Source: Mobula hypostoma
Taxonomy: Eukaryota
DNA: 64,000 nucleotides
Reading direction: 5' to 3'
Assembly (NCBI RefSeq): GCF_963921235.1
Contig: NC_086108.1
Location: 43,402,001 to 43,466,000 of the forward strand
In this document: positions 24,429 through 35,929 of the stretch, piece after piece
Layout: each line of letters starts with the position of its first letter
Position numbering within the stretch: position 1 is the first letter of the stretch
Program-made: the position numbers and the translations under genes
Notes under the pieces: model-generated
What the model saw: only the letters and a program-made list of their open reading frames with translations
The model's database searches: none
What the model was told of the DNA's origin: nothing

Positions 24429-27192
24429 CCTTTTTCTTTCTTTCTTTTCAAATCTTTTTATTGTTATATTATACAAAAGAAATAACACGAGTACATTGAA
24501 GTAACAACACTTACAATGTCTCAAAAAAGGCATTATCTTAAAGATTGAAAAAAAAAATTTGTGATAACAAAAAAACCTACTAAGCAGAAAAGTGAGGAAA
24601 AAACAAGAACCCATTAGGTGTACAACCCCGGAGCCATGCGTCATACGAAAAGCTTCTAAAAATAAACATCAAACCGCCAGCAAGAAAAGAAAATATGCCA
24701 AAAAATTTACAATTAGATCGTGGAAAAAATCTATCAATTAGCTTAAATGATAATAATGAGCAAATGAGCCCCATCTTTTCTCAAAATCAAATAAAGGTTC
24801 AAAGGTTCAACTTCTAATTTTCTCCAAACTAAGACATAGCATCACTCGAGAGAACCATTGTGACAAAGTGGGAGGTGATATATCCTTCCACTTCAACAAA
24901 ATGGCCCTCCTAGCTATCAATGTAACAAATGCAATAACATGTTGGTCAGACACAGAAATACCATGAATATTTTGAGGAATTATTTCAAAAAGCTCAGTTT
25001 TTTAGGTTGTAGATTAATTTTGAGTGCTTTAGAAATTGTTGAAAAAAATGACTTCCAGAACTGTTGCAATATAGAACAAGACCAAAACATATGTGTCAGT
25101 GTAGCTATCTCAGTTTTACATCTATCACAATGACTATCAACATTAGAAAAGATTTTAGAAAGTCTCTCCTTCGTCAAATGATAATGATGTACAATTTTAA
25201 ATTGAATCAATGAATGGCTAGCACAAATTGAAGAAGAGTTAACCAACTTCAAAATCCGTATCCAATCCTCTGTCATAAAAGTCAAATTGAGTTCTTTTTC
25301 CCAATCCTGTTTAATCTTAGATAAAGGACGCTTATCCCATTGTAATAATAAATCAGAAATTCTTCCAATAGAAACCTTGATCGAAGGATTCGTACTCATA
25401 ATAGTATCTAACAGGTCAAGGTCCAATATGTAAGGAAAATTACTTAAATATTTTTGTAAAAAATGTCTAACTTGAAGGTATTGCAGAAAGTGTGAGTATG
25501 AGAGAGAATATTTAACAATTAATTGTTCAAAAGATATCAATCTATCTTCTTCAAATAAATCCAAAAAAGAATTAATACCTTTATTTTTCCAAAGTAAAAA
25601 AATTGGATCACTCAAAGAAGGCTTAAAAAAGTAATTTCAATACGTTAAACTACGAAGTTTAAATTTTTTAAGATTTGAAAAAATTGCAGAACTGGAGCCA
25701 AATTTGTAAAGAATACTTAATCACAGGATATAGGTTTAAATTAACAACTTTAGCTAATTTTATCGGTAAAGTAGCTCCCAATAATGAGGTTAAATAAAAC
25801 TGTTTACAACTTTCAGTTCCAGGTCTACCCAAATTGGCCGATCACTCTTATCAACCCAATATAACCAAAAAGACATGTATCACACATTAACAGCCCAATA
25901 ATACATTCTTAGATTAGGCAAAGCAAGACCTCCATCCTTTTCCAATTTTTGTAAGTGACACTTACTAATTCTTGGTCTTTTATTATTCCAAATAAAAGAT
26001 AAAATAATAGGATCAATCCGATTGAAAAACTTCCTAGTCAAAAAAACAGGAATATTCTGAAATAAATATAAAAATTTCAGTAAAATCATCATTTTAACTA
26101 CATGAATACGACCAACAAGTGAAAATGTAAGCAGACTCCATCTACTAAATAAATACTTCATCGAGTCTACTAAAGGAACAAAATCGGCTTTATAAAGATC
26201 CTTATATTTTTCAGTAATTATAACACCTAAGTATCTAAAAGAATCCGTGACTTTAAAAGGAGTATTATCATATATAGAGACAGAATGATTTAAAGGAAAC
26301 AATTCACTTTTACTAAAATTTATTTTATATCCTGAAAAACCTCCAAATTTGTTAAATAATTTTAACAAGGCAGGAATAGATTCATCAGGATTGGATATAT
26401 AAACCAATAAATCATCAGCGTAAAGAGAAATCTTATGCATAGTGTCATTCACAAAAATCCCATGGATATTTTTAGCCTCATGAAGAGCAATAGCAAGGGG
26501 TTCTAATATTAAATTAAACAACAAAGGACTTAACGGACAGCCTTGCCTTGTCCCCCGTGAAAGCTGAAAAAAAAGGAGACGCACAATTGTTGGTAACAAC
26601 AGTAGCAATAGGGGCTTTATATATCATTTTAATCCAATTATTAAAATTAGCACCAAAGCCAAATTTCTCTAAAACATTAAATAAATATTTCCATTCAACT
26701 CGATCAAATGCTTTTTCAGCATCCAAAGTTACAACACATTGTGGAGTTTTAAAAGAGGACAAATATATAATGTTAAATAGTCTCTGAACATTTGAAAAAG
26801 AATAGCGACTCTTTATAAAGCCTGTTTGATCTTTAAAAATAATTTTACCCAAAACATTCTCCAACCGATTGGCCATTATCTTTGACAGAATCTTAGCGTC
26901 GACATTCACTAATGAAATAGGTCTATATGAAGCACAGTCAGTGGGATCTTTATCTTTTTTAAGAATTAAAGGAATAGAAGCCTCATAAAAAGTAGAGGGT
27001 AAGTCACCTTTCTCAAAAGAATCCTTAAGCATTTCCAACGGAGAAAGCAACTTTCCAAATTTTTTATAATATTCTACAGGATAACCATCAAGTCCCAGGG
27101 ACTTACCAGATTGCATTGAAAAAATAGCTTTATGAATTTCGGCTTCAGTGATTTGAGTATCAAGAGTTTTTTGATCCTAAGCTGAGATTTTA
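24429..27192 (-). mobile_element. 5'-truncated L1-clade LINE (RT to 3' UTR), third family
   Basis: Minus-strand ORF pieces: KSLGLDG, SYRPISL, DAEKAFDRVEW, GTRQGCPLSP, LYADD and CDRC..HMFWSC. T-rich tail at about 24429-24460. Confidence 0.88.
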
Positions 27193-27229
27193 GGGGGCCA
27201 TTTTAATAATAAACATTTCTTTCCTGCAG

Positions 27230-27317
27230 CGTGTTGAAAATGGTGATATTAACTGGATCATCAATGGCAAATTTCTGGCTTTTAGTGGACCCCATCCAAA
27301 AAGCAAAGTTGAAAATG
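27230..27317 (+). CDS. CDC14A: CDC14A-like exon ([30 protein letters not shown])
   Basis: tttcctgcag acceptor and G/gtgagg donor. 88 nt, in frame with neighbouring exons. Matches CDC14A '[30 protein letters not shown]'. Confidence 0.93.
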
Positions 27318-28519
27318 GTGAGGAAAATATTTTAAATAAGTTTTTAATTTTTTGCTTTATACAATACTGTATGCTCAGTTTGTAAATGTTTACAAAATTA
27401 ATGAATACTGCTCAAATTTGGCCTTAAATCTTCAAAACCATTTTTCATTGTGGTGCTGCTTTATTATACCTTGTGAAAAGGCTACTGTTTACAGATGTAC
27501 ACAGATGTGTGGTGAGAAGCTGATTAAAATTATGCTTTTAAATACGTAATTATGTTTATTTTTGAATCAAAATGGGATGATCTAATTGGCCAAAGCTTAC
27601 AGTGTAAATTTATGTTTGGTTGCCCACACCCTCAGTCACAGAATCTAGATTATGTACCATGGTTTCTGATTGTGTTAAATTTATTGGATGCTTACATCTC
27701 AAATTAGGTGCAAATCTAAAATCCCAGACTAGATTGTAGCTAGAGCTTGTAGTAAAAGTTGTGAAATTCTTTCTTTTGGTATGTTTGCTGTATTCTTTAT
27801 CAACAATTTACTGGAAATTGGATTTATTTTAAGTAATTTATGTTTGACTCCTGATTACAGGTTTAAAATGAATTTTTGGGCAAGAGGTGGCGCTACTGTA
27901 TAACTAAATGTGTTCAGTATTTAAAAATGATCAGTTACTAATAACATCCTAGTGACAGTTCCTTTCTTTATTCTGTTTGTCTGAAAAATCTGGATAATAG
28001 GAAAACTTACACAGGCAGTATTTGAGGAAATTGGGCTTCAGCTTTTTGTTTTATTGCTGCCAGGGCCTTGTATTTTAATTTGTATTTGTAAATCATTTAT
28101 GCAGTAAGGTGGCACAAGAATATATTTTTTGAGATTTTGGATTAAGTAAAAACCATTCCTAATTTATTTTCTAATTATGACTTGGAATGGATTATCTTTA
28201 GGAAAAGTATGATTTTTGTAGTGAAATGGTTTGTATCAAGTGCATAATATTGGGCTTTTGGGTATCTTGTTTATTAATTGAGATAAGCAATTTCTTATCA
28301 TGAAGGACCTTTGGGAACAATCAAGATTTTTTGATCCGTTATCTTTCTAGTGATTTAGTTTTAATTCAACCTACCAGTTAAATGAATTGGTTCTCTCAAG
28401 ACCAATGAATCCACTGGCGCATTTATAAGAAATGAGAAATATTTTTAATATATTCCTGTCATTTATAAATATTTTAATAGATTTTTAAAAATATTAATGA
28501 AAAGAGCAAGATTAGGTCG

Positions 28520-28727
28520 ACAAATCACAAACAAGAGAAAATTTGCAGATGCTGGAAATCAGAGCAACACACACAAAATGCTGGAGGAACTCAGCAGGCC
28601 AGGCAGCATCTATGAGAAGAAAGTACGGTCCTGCTGAAGGGTTTCAGCCTGAAACGTCGAATGTAATTTTTTCCATAGATGCTGCCTGGCCTGTTGAGTT
28701 CCTCCAGCATTTTGTGTGTGTGTTGCT
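28520..28727. mobile_element. Miniature fold-back Penelope-derived element with a central hammerhead-like core
   Basis: Arms agcaacacacacaaaatgctggaggaactcagcaggccaggcagcatctatg and catagatgctgcctggcctgttgagttcctccagcattttgtgtgtgtgttgct. TSD aagat(t/a)aggtcg at 28508-28519 and 28728-28739. Confidence 0.82.
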
Positions 28728-28872
28728 AAGATAAGGTCGTGCTGGAATTTGTTGGTGTGGTAAAACATGAATCACAATATTATTGAATGACAGAGTAGGG
28801 TTGGGGGTTTGTTCTTTTATTTCTTGTTGTGCTTATTGAGATTAATTAAATTTTGTTTTCAATATTCCTTAG

Positions 28873-29103
28873 GTTATCCTCTCCATGCGCCAGAAGCCTA
28901 TTTTCCATACTTCAGGAAACACGGTGTTACCACAATCATAAGACTTAACAAGAAAATTTATGATGCTAAACGCTTCACAGATGCTGGGTTTGCACATCAT
29001 GACCTGTTCTTTGTTGATGGAAGTACACCAAGTGATTGTATTGTGAAAAGATTTTTAACAATATGTGAGAATGAGGATGGCGCTATTGCTGTACATTGTA
29101 AAG
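28873..29103 (+). CDS. CDC14A: CDC14A-like exon ([16 protein letters not shown]...DGSTPSD...GAIAVHCK)
   Basis: ttccttag acceptor and G/gtatag donor, 231 nt. Contains the general-acid loop DGSTP and the start of the catalytic HCK. '[13 protein letters not shown]' is CDC14A-type rather than CDC14B-type. Confidence 0.95.
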
Positions 29104-29454
29104 GTATAGCCTATTGTAATGCTGTTAATTTTCTAACCGCTATTATGACTTTTTTCCTCACCAGTCTTCAACTTTGCAGATCCATTATGCCCTTAATTTT
29201 TCCAAAGGCTTGTTGATGTTGCTCTTTCAGTACATATAAGGCATTCTGCACTGCTTTGTATAATGTGCTTAAATGTGCCAGCTGCTCGGCTACTCATTTA
29301 TGTCCATTTCTAATAATGAATGATTTGAATGTGGTATGGTTTTGGCATTTAAGAATGTAAGAACATGTTAACTATGTCATAACAAGATAAACCTAACAAC
29401 TAAAGCATTGTGTGTAATTGATCTGACACATGGTTGCTACACTATGAGAAAGAT

Positions 29455-29930
29455 AAAGTTACATTGGGGTTCACCAGGATGTTGCCTTGATGAGGAATTG
29501 TTATGGGGAGAAATTGGATAGGCAGGTTTGGTTTCTGTGGAGCAAAGCCGGCTGAGTCAAAATCTGAATATAAGTACTTAAACTTGTAAGAGTTGTAGGG
29601 CAAGTGGTCAGAATTGATTCTTTATGATAGTAATATCAAACACAAAATACAGTTTAAAATGAAAGGAAGGAGTTTTAAAGAGGATATGAAGGGAATTTTT
29701 ATTTGCATAGAGCAGTTGATAATCTGGAACTTGCTGCAAGGAGAGGTGGCAGAGTCAAATGCAATCACAACTTTTAAGAGGCACTTAGATGGTCATTTTT
29801 ATATAGACAAGGCATTGAAGAGTATAGATACAATGTAGATAAATGGGGTTAGTGTAGATGGGCAAAAAAGTGGCCTAGGGTTGGATATGGTGGGCCAAAT
29901 GGCCTATTTTGTGCTATACAATTCAATGAA
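29455..29930 (+). mobile_element. Old CR1 3' fragment
   Basis: 'ttcaccaggatgttgcct', WNLLQGEVAES..FKRHLD and tail 'ggtgggccaaatggcct'. Confidence 0.6.
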
Positions 29931-30414
29931 CTCTGGGCACTAAAGCCTTAATTCAATTTGGTCTTAAACATTGGCAAAGATGCACAATTGTTTCATTTTA
30001 GGTGATTAATTTTCCTTCTTACTAGTGTGAAATGAATATATAATACCTACTTAATCACAAATGTAGTGTAAATTGATTGAGTAGGATCATAGAATTACAA
30101 GTTAGTGTGAAAGCTACATAAAACCTGTTTTACTTGAAAATGATACTTTCACAATGGAATCTTTCTAAACCTGCACTTTATCACACGGTAATTCCTTTTT
30201 CAGGTTTACCAATTCCTCTGGGCTAAAGGAAAAGAATCTCTTCAATGATTGGTTGGGTGGGGAGCGGTTAGAAAGGTTTTTTTTAGTTTAGTGACAGTTA
30301 ATGGGAAGAAACCAATATAGAACAGTTAAGAATCTTTTAAGTGCTTTGGCAAATGGAATGGAATTGAATAAAAGTTTGTCTACAGTAACTTCAGCTTGAT
30401 GGATTATTGCATTT

Positions 30415-30705
30415 AGACCATAAGGCCATAAGATATAGGAGCAAAAGTGGCCATTCAGTCCATCGATTCTGCTCTGCCATTCAATCATGGGCTGAGCCAA
30501 TTCTTCCGATTATCCCCACTCCCCTGCTTTCACCCCATACCCTTTGGTGCCCTGGCTAATCAAGAACCTATCTATCTCTGCCTTAAATACACCCAATGAC
30601 TTGGCCTCCACAGCCGCTTGTGGCAACAAATTCCACAGATTGACCACCCTCTGACTAAAGTAATTTCTCCATTCTAAAAGGACGTCCTTTAATCCTGAAG
30701 TCGTG
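30415..30705 (-). mobile_element. CR1 3' tail fragment
   Basis: 'agaccataaggccataagatatagg' tail and colinearity with the other CR1 copies. Confidence 0.75.
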
Positions 30706-31764
30706 CATAGATTTGTTTCAATCTAAATAATATGTAATACTTTTCATAACTTTGAGTATGATAGTTGACACTGTACAGAGAGGATACAAAATATATTACT
30801 GCCCCACCAAAGATACTTTGCTTGGATATATTTTTGTACAAGCTATTCAGTCCTTACAAATGACAGAAATAGTTAGTCTGTTTAAGGATTCAAAACAGGC
30901 AAGTGTCTGTCTGAGCTAGTTTGTGAAGCTTACCTCAGTACTATTGCTGCTCTGATTCACCTGACTTTGAATCATATAATCCGGACTGATGCTGAGGGAG
31001 TGTTGTGTAGTTTGAGTGGGTAGGTTTTCATTGGCTTGTAAATTATACCTCTCCAAATACCACCCTTCGAAGAGCACTGAAATATATTAGAATGCAATGT
31101 AAAGAAGAGCATGAACAATTTCCCCATAACTAAGTCAACATTCATCCCACGACTAATATCAGAGTAGTTTGCAATACTTTAACAGATTTGCTGATAATCT
31201 GTGGAAGATATAGGCATTTATTTAGCATTCACTTCAAGGCCGGAGCATACCATACACAGCACTAAATAACACTGAATAATAAATGCACTCTTCTACTCAA
31301 ATAAAAAAAATTGATTAAAAATATCAGAACTTTTAAATGTATAATGGGTATTAAAATTGTGCCTTATTAACATGAGTAAAATGGATAAAATGCACCTTAT
31401 TTTAGTTAAGATAGAGAAGTGCATTTTCCATTGACTTGGAAGTAAATAGTGAATTGTACCAAAAGCTGCTTTATTAAACCTCAAACTATTCTGGATCCAA
31501 GTAATTTGCTAAATTGCTCTCCAATCTTGATCAATCATTCATTCATTGTCATGTATTTAAGAAATATTGAACAAATTTTACCAAAATTATCCTGTCAGTT
31601 TTTGTTGCTGTGTATGTGGCCAAACCAGTTTAATTCATAAGATAAATATTTCACAGAGATGAAGTGAATCCAGATCATGATCATATTTAGTGTTTGTTTA
31701 TTTATTGGAAGTTTGACGTTGATGTAATTATGTAAACACCCTAACAAATCTTTCTTCATTTCAG

Positions 31765-31903
31765 CTGGTTTAGGAAGAACGGGCACACTAATAGCATGTT
31801 ACATGATGAAACACTACAGATTCACTGCAGCAGAAGCCATAGGATGGATTAGAATTTGCCGACCAGGATCTATAATTGGTCCACAGCAGCACTTCTTGGA
31901 GGA
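31765..31903 (+). CDS. CDC14A: CDC14A-like exon ([47 protein letters not shown])
   Basis: Branch-point-like ctaac at 31741, tttcag acceptor and GA/gtaagt donor, 139 nt. Completes the CX5R motif HCKAGLGRT. Confidence 0.95.
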
Positions 31904-32249
31904 GTAAGTCACAAGTTTATTTTAGAGTATAAAATACTTTATGTAGCACAGTAGAAGGTGTTATTGTGTATTATAAAGCAAGTAATCTTGCACCCAATGG
32001 AGTCAAAGAAAACTACTGTAATTTGCTGCAAGTCTGCTAGAAACAAGTTATTTTAAAGGATGAATAATTGCAACTTCAGATACAAATCACTTATGTTGAT
32101 GAGTGTAATAATTTTCAGTTATACTTTGAAAGCCTTTATTAGGTTATTTGGAAGTTAGAAAATACCTTCATAAGAATGAAATGAAATACTAACTCTTTAA
32201 AGCATGGCTTGTATGATATAGAAATAGTGACTTGTACTGTGCTGCTTCC

Positions 32250-35200
32250 TTTTAATTTAATTGACTTTCTTGCATCCTTCACATACATGAGGAATAAAAA
32301 TCGTTACGTTACGTCTCCGTCTAAATGTGCAATCATAGTAATTCATAATTTATGATAAATAGAACAATCAATCTAACAAAGAAATATACTCAGATCAGCA
32401 TGTTAATCAGTTTGGTGGTCTGGTGGAAGAAGCTGTCCCTGAGCCTGTTGGTCTTGGCTTTTATTCTGCGGTACTGTTTCTCGGATGGTAGAAGCTGGAA
32501 CAGATTGTGGTTGGGGTGGTTTGGGTCCCCAATGATCCTTCGGACCCTTTTTTCACACCTATCTGTGTAAATATCCTGAATCATGGGAAGTTCACAATTA
32601 CAGATGCGCTGGGCTGTCCGCACCACTTTCTGCAGAGTCCTGCGATTGAGGGAGGTACAATTCTCATACTAGGCAGTGATGCAGCCAGTCAGGATGCTCT
32701 CAATTGTGCCCCTGTAGAAAGTTCTTAGGATTTGGGGGCCCATGCCAAACTTCCTCGACCATCTGAGGTGAAAGAGGTGCTGTTGTGCCTTTTTCACCAC
32801 ACAGCTGGTGTGTACAGACCACATGAGGTCCTCGGTGATGTGAATGATGAGGAACTTAAAGCTGTTCACCTTCTCAGCTCCAGATCCATTGATGTCAATA
32901 GGGGTTAGCCCATCTCCATTCCTCCTGCAATCCACAACCAGATCCTTTGTTTTTGTGACACTGAGGAAGAGTTTTTTTTCTTGGCACCTTTATGTCAGAG
33001 AGATGACTTCTTCCCTGTAGGCCACTGTTATTGTTTGAGATTAGGCCAATCAATGTAGTGTTGTCGGCAAATTTAATTACAGATTAGAGCTGTGGGTGGC
33101 AGCACAGTCATAGGTGTACAGGGTGAAAAGGATGAGACTTGGTACACAGCCCTGAGGGGCTCTAGTGTTGAGAGTCAGAGGGGTGGTGATCTGACAGGAA
33201 GTCCAGGATCCAGCTGCACAAGGCAGAGTCAAGGCCGAGGTCTCTGAGCTTCCTGTCGAGCCTGGATGGAATCATGGCGTTGAATGCTGAACTGTAGTCC
33301 AAGAACAGTATTCTCATTATAAGCATCCTTCTTCTCCAGATGCACAAGGACGGTATGTAGAGCAGTGGCTGTTGTGTCGTCTGTCGATCGGTTGTGTCGG
33401 TAGGTGAATTGTAGGGGGTCCAGTTTGGGCGGTAGCATGCTGCAGATGTAGTCCTTGACCAGCCTCTCAAAGCATTTGCATATTATTGAGGTGAGTGCGA
33501 CAGCACGTCCAGTCATTCAGACATGTTAGCTTGGTCTTTTTTGGTACAGGGACTATAGTGGATAATTTGAAGCAGGAGGGCACACTGTACACTGGGGGGG
33601 GGGGGACAGAGAGAGAGATTAAAAATGTCTGTAAACGCACCTGCCAGTTGTGTTGCGTACATCCTGAGTACTCGCCCTGGGATGCAGTCCAGTCCTGCAG
33701 ACTTGCGACTGTCCACTTGTTGGAAACATCTGTGTACCTCAGCCTCAGGGATGACCAGGTTGCAGGTTGTAGTGGTGGCTTTCCTTGGAGGCTCAGAGTT
33801 AGCGACATCGAGCTGAGTGTAAAAGCGATTGAGCTCATCTGGGAGAGAGGCCGCGATTTTGGCGGCACCACTACATTTTGTTTTGAAGTCTGCGACGGTA
33901 TGCAACCTTCATCACAAGTCACTTGTGCTATTCATTGTGAATCTTGACTCAGTCTTGTCCCTGTATTGTTTCATAGACTTGATAGCTTTGTGCAGATTGT
34001 AGCTACTTTTCCTGAGCTCCTGCTGATTGCCAGCAGCGTAAGCTCTGTGTCATGCAGTAAGTGCTGCTCGCACGGAACTATTGATCCAGGGTTTCTGGTT
34101 CGGGAAGACCCTGACCAGCTTCTGGGGGACAACATTGTTGATGCACTTTTGGATGAAACTCATGACTCCATCTGTGAAGTCGGAGACATCCTCATCATAG
34201 AGGGCATTCCAGTTGACGTCTTTGAAGCAGTCCTTCAGCATGGAGACTGATTCGTCAGACCAACAGTGGATGGTTTTAACTACGGCTGCCTCTTGTTTCA
34301 GCTTCTGCCTGTACGTCGGCAAAAGCAGGATCGAAGAGTGATCTGGTTCTCCAAAAGTTGGGCGAGGGAGAGCTTTGTAAGCATTGTGGAAGGGAATGTA
34401 GCAGTGGTCAAGTGTGTTATCTCCATGAGTGCTCACCTGGATGTGCTGACAAAACTTTGGAGAGACTTTCGTCAGCGACGCTCGACTAAAGTCGCCGGCA
34501 ATGAGGAAGGCAGCCTGTGGGTGTGCAGTCTTCAGCATGTTGATGGTCTTGTACAGTTCCTTGAGAGCCAGGTCAGTATCAGCCTGTGGTGGAATGCACA
34601 CCGCTGTGATGATAACAGCCGTGAACTCCCTCGGCAGCCAGTAGGGTCTGTACAGCAGCACCAGGTATTCTCAGTCTGGGGAACAAAAGGATTTGAGGGC
34701 AAGCACATTCTGGGGGTCACACCAAGCACTGTTGACCATGAAGCATACACCTCCTCCTTTACTCTTCCCAGAGAGGTTTTTTGACCTGTCCGCCCGGAAC
34801 AGGGACAACCCAGAGAGTTCGATCATGTGGTCCGGTATCTCCTCCATCAGCCAGGTCTCCACGAAGCACAAAACGTTACATTCCTTTGTTTTCAGCTGGT
34901 AGGAGACTCTGGCTCTCAATTCGCACAGTTTGTTGTCCAGAGACTGAACATTAGCCAGGAGTATGCTAGGGAGCAACAGCTGATTAGCATGCTGTCTGAG
35001 CCTCACCATGACACTGGCCCTTCTTCCTCGCCTCCGGCGCTTCTTCCACCGTAGTGGCAGTGTAAGAGATGAGTCTCCTATGGATCGCGCAAGCAGGGGT
35101 TCCCAGTGTAGGAAAGGTGGCACATAGTGGGTAAATGTCGTCTTTCCGATGTTCAGAAGGGTCAGTCTATCGTATCTGATGTGACTATCAGCTACTTGAA

Positions 35201-35290
35201 CAGAAAATGCTAAGAAAATTGTAGAAATTAGTAGTATACTGTAGATTTGGAACTGAACTCCCAACACGGCGCCATCATGAGACTGGAGGA
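32250..35290 (-). mobile_element. Near full-length degenerate Rex1/Babar LINE (endonuclease plus RT)
   Basis: YDRLTLLNIG, RRRRRGRR, LPSILLANVQSLDNK, ETW, AGDF, TLDHCY, DH, KCFERLV, LDPLQF and LDYSSAFN across frameshifted ORFs. Confidence 0.87.
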
Positions 35291-35929
35291 GAAGCAGAAA
35301 AGCAGAAGCATTGGTTCAACCAGTGAATGATACCTGCAATCTTTTGTGCAAACCTGTTCAGCAGCCTGAGAACATTTGAAGCATCTGGCTATAGATACGG
35401 AAGCTTTTTTATTTTGTAAGTGTTCAGGGGTTAAATTTTGGTGGCACCAAGTACTTTATCCCCCAATGCAAATGATTAAATGCTGGATGTGTTTTTCAGT
35501 GGGGAAAGTGAACTATCACAGCCGAAATGATAATTTTTGTTTTCAAGGAAATCTTAACTTAAAAACCTAATTAGTCATTCAGTTTCTCTTGATGTCCACC
35601 CTATAACAGATATTCCTTTAGCTTAAAATGGACCTTCCTAATTTGTGAGAAATGTAAGTAAATGAATTCTGTCACAATGAAAAAAATGTCTGGTGTGGGA
35701 GATAAAGTTCTAATCAAACAAAGAAAATACTGGAAAGACTCAGCAAGTGTAGTATCTTTGGGGAAGTGACACAAAGTTAAAGTTTCACATCTGGGAGTTG
35801 GCTCATTTAGTTTTTAAGCTTTAAAATATTTTAAATGATTATGATTTAATTTTTTGACACACCTGGCAGCTAGTAGGCTGAATAACTATGGCTTAGCTGG
35901 CTGATGAAGTAATTGTGTGTAATAGCTTT

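Noticed and set aside
28809..29216. 135-aa ORF as a stand-alone gene
   Set aside because: Only 28873-29103 is CDC14-like and it is bounded by splice sites. The rest is intronic read-through.
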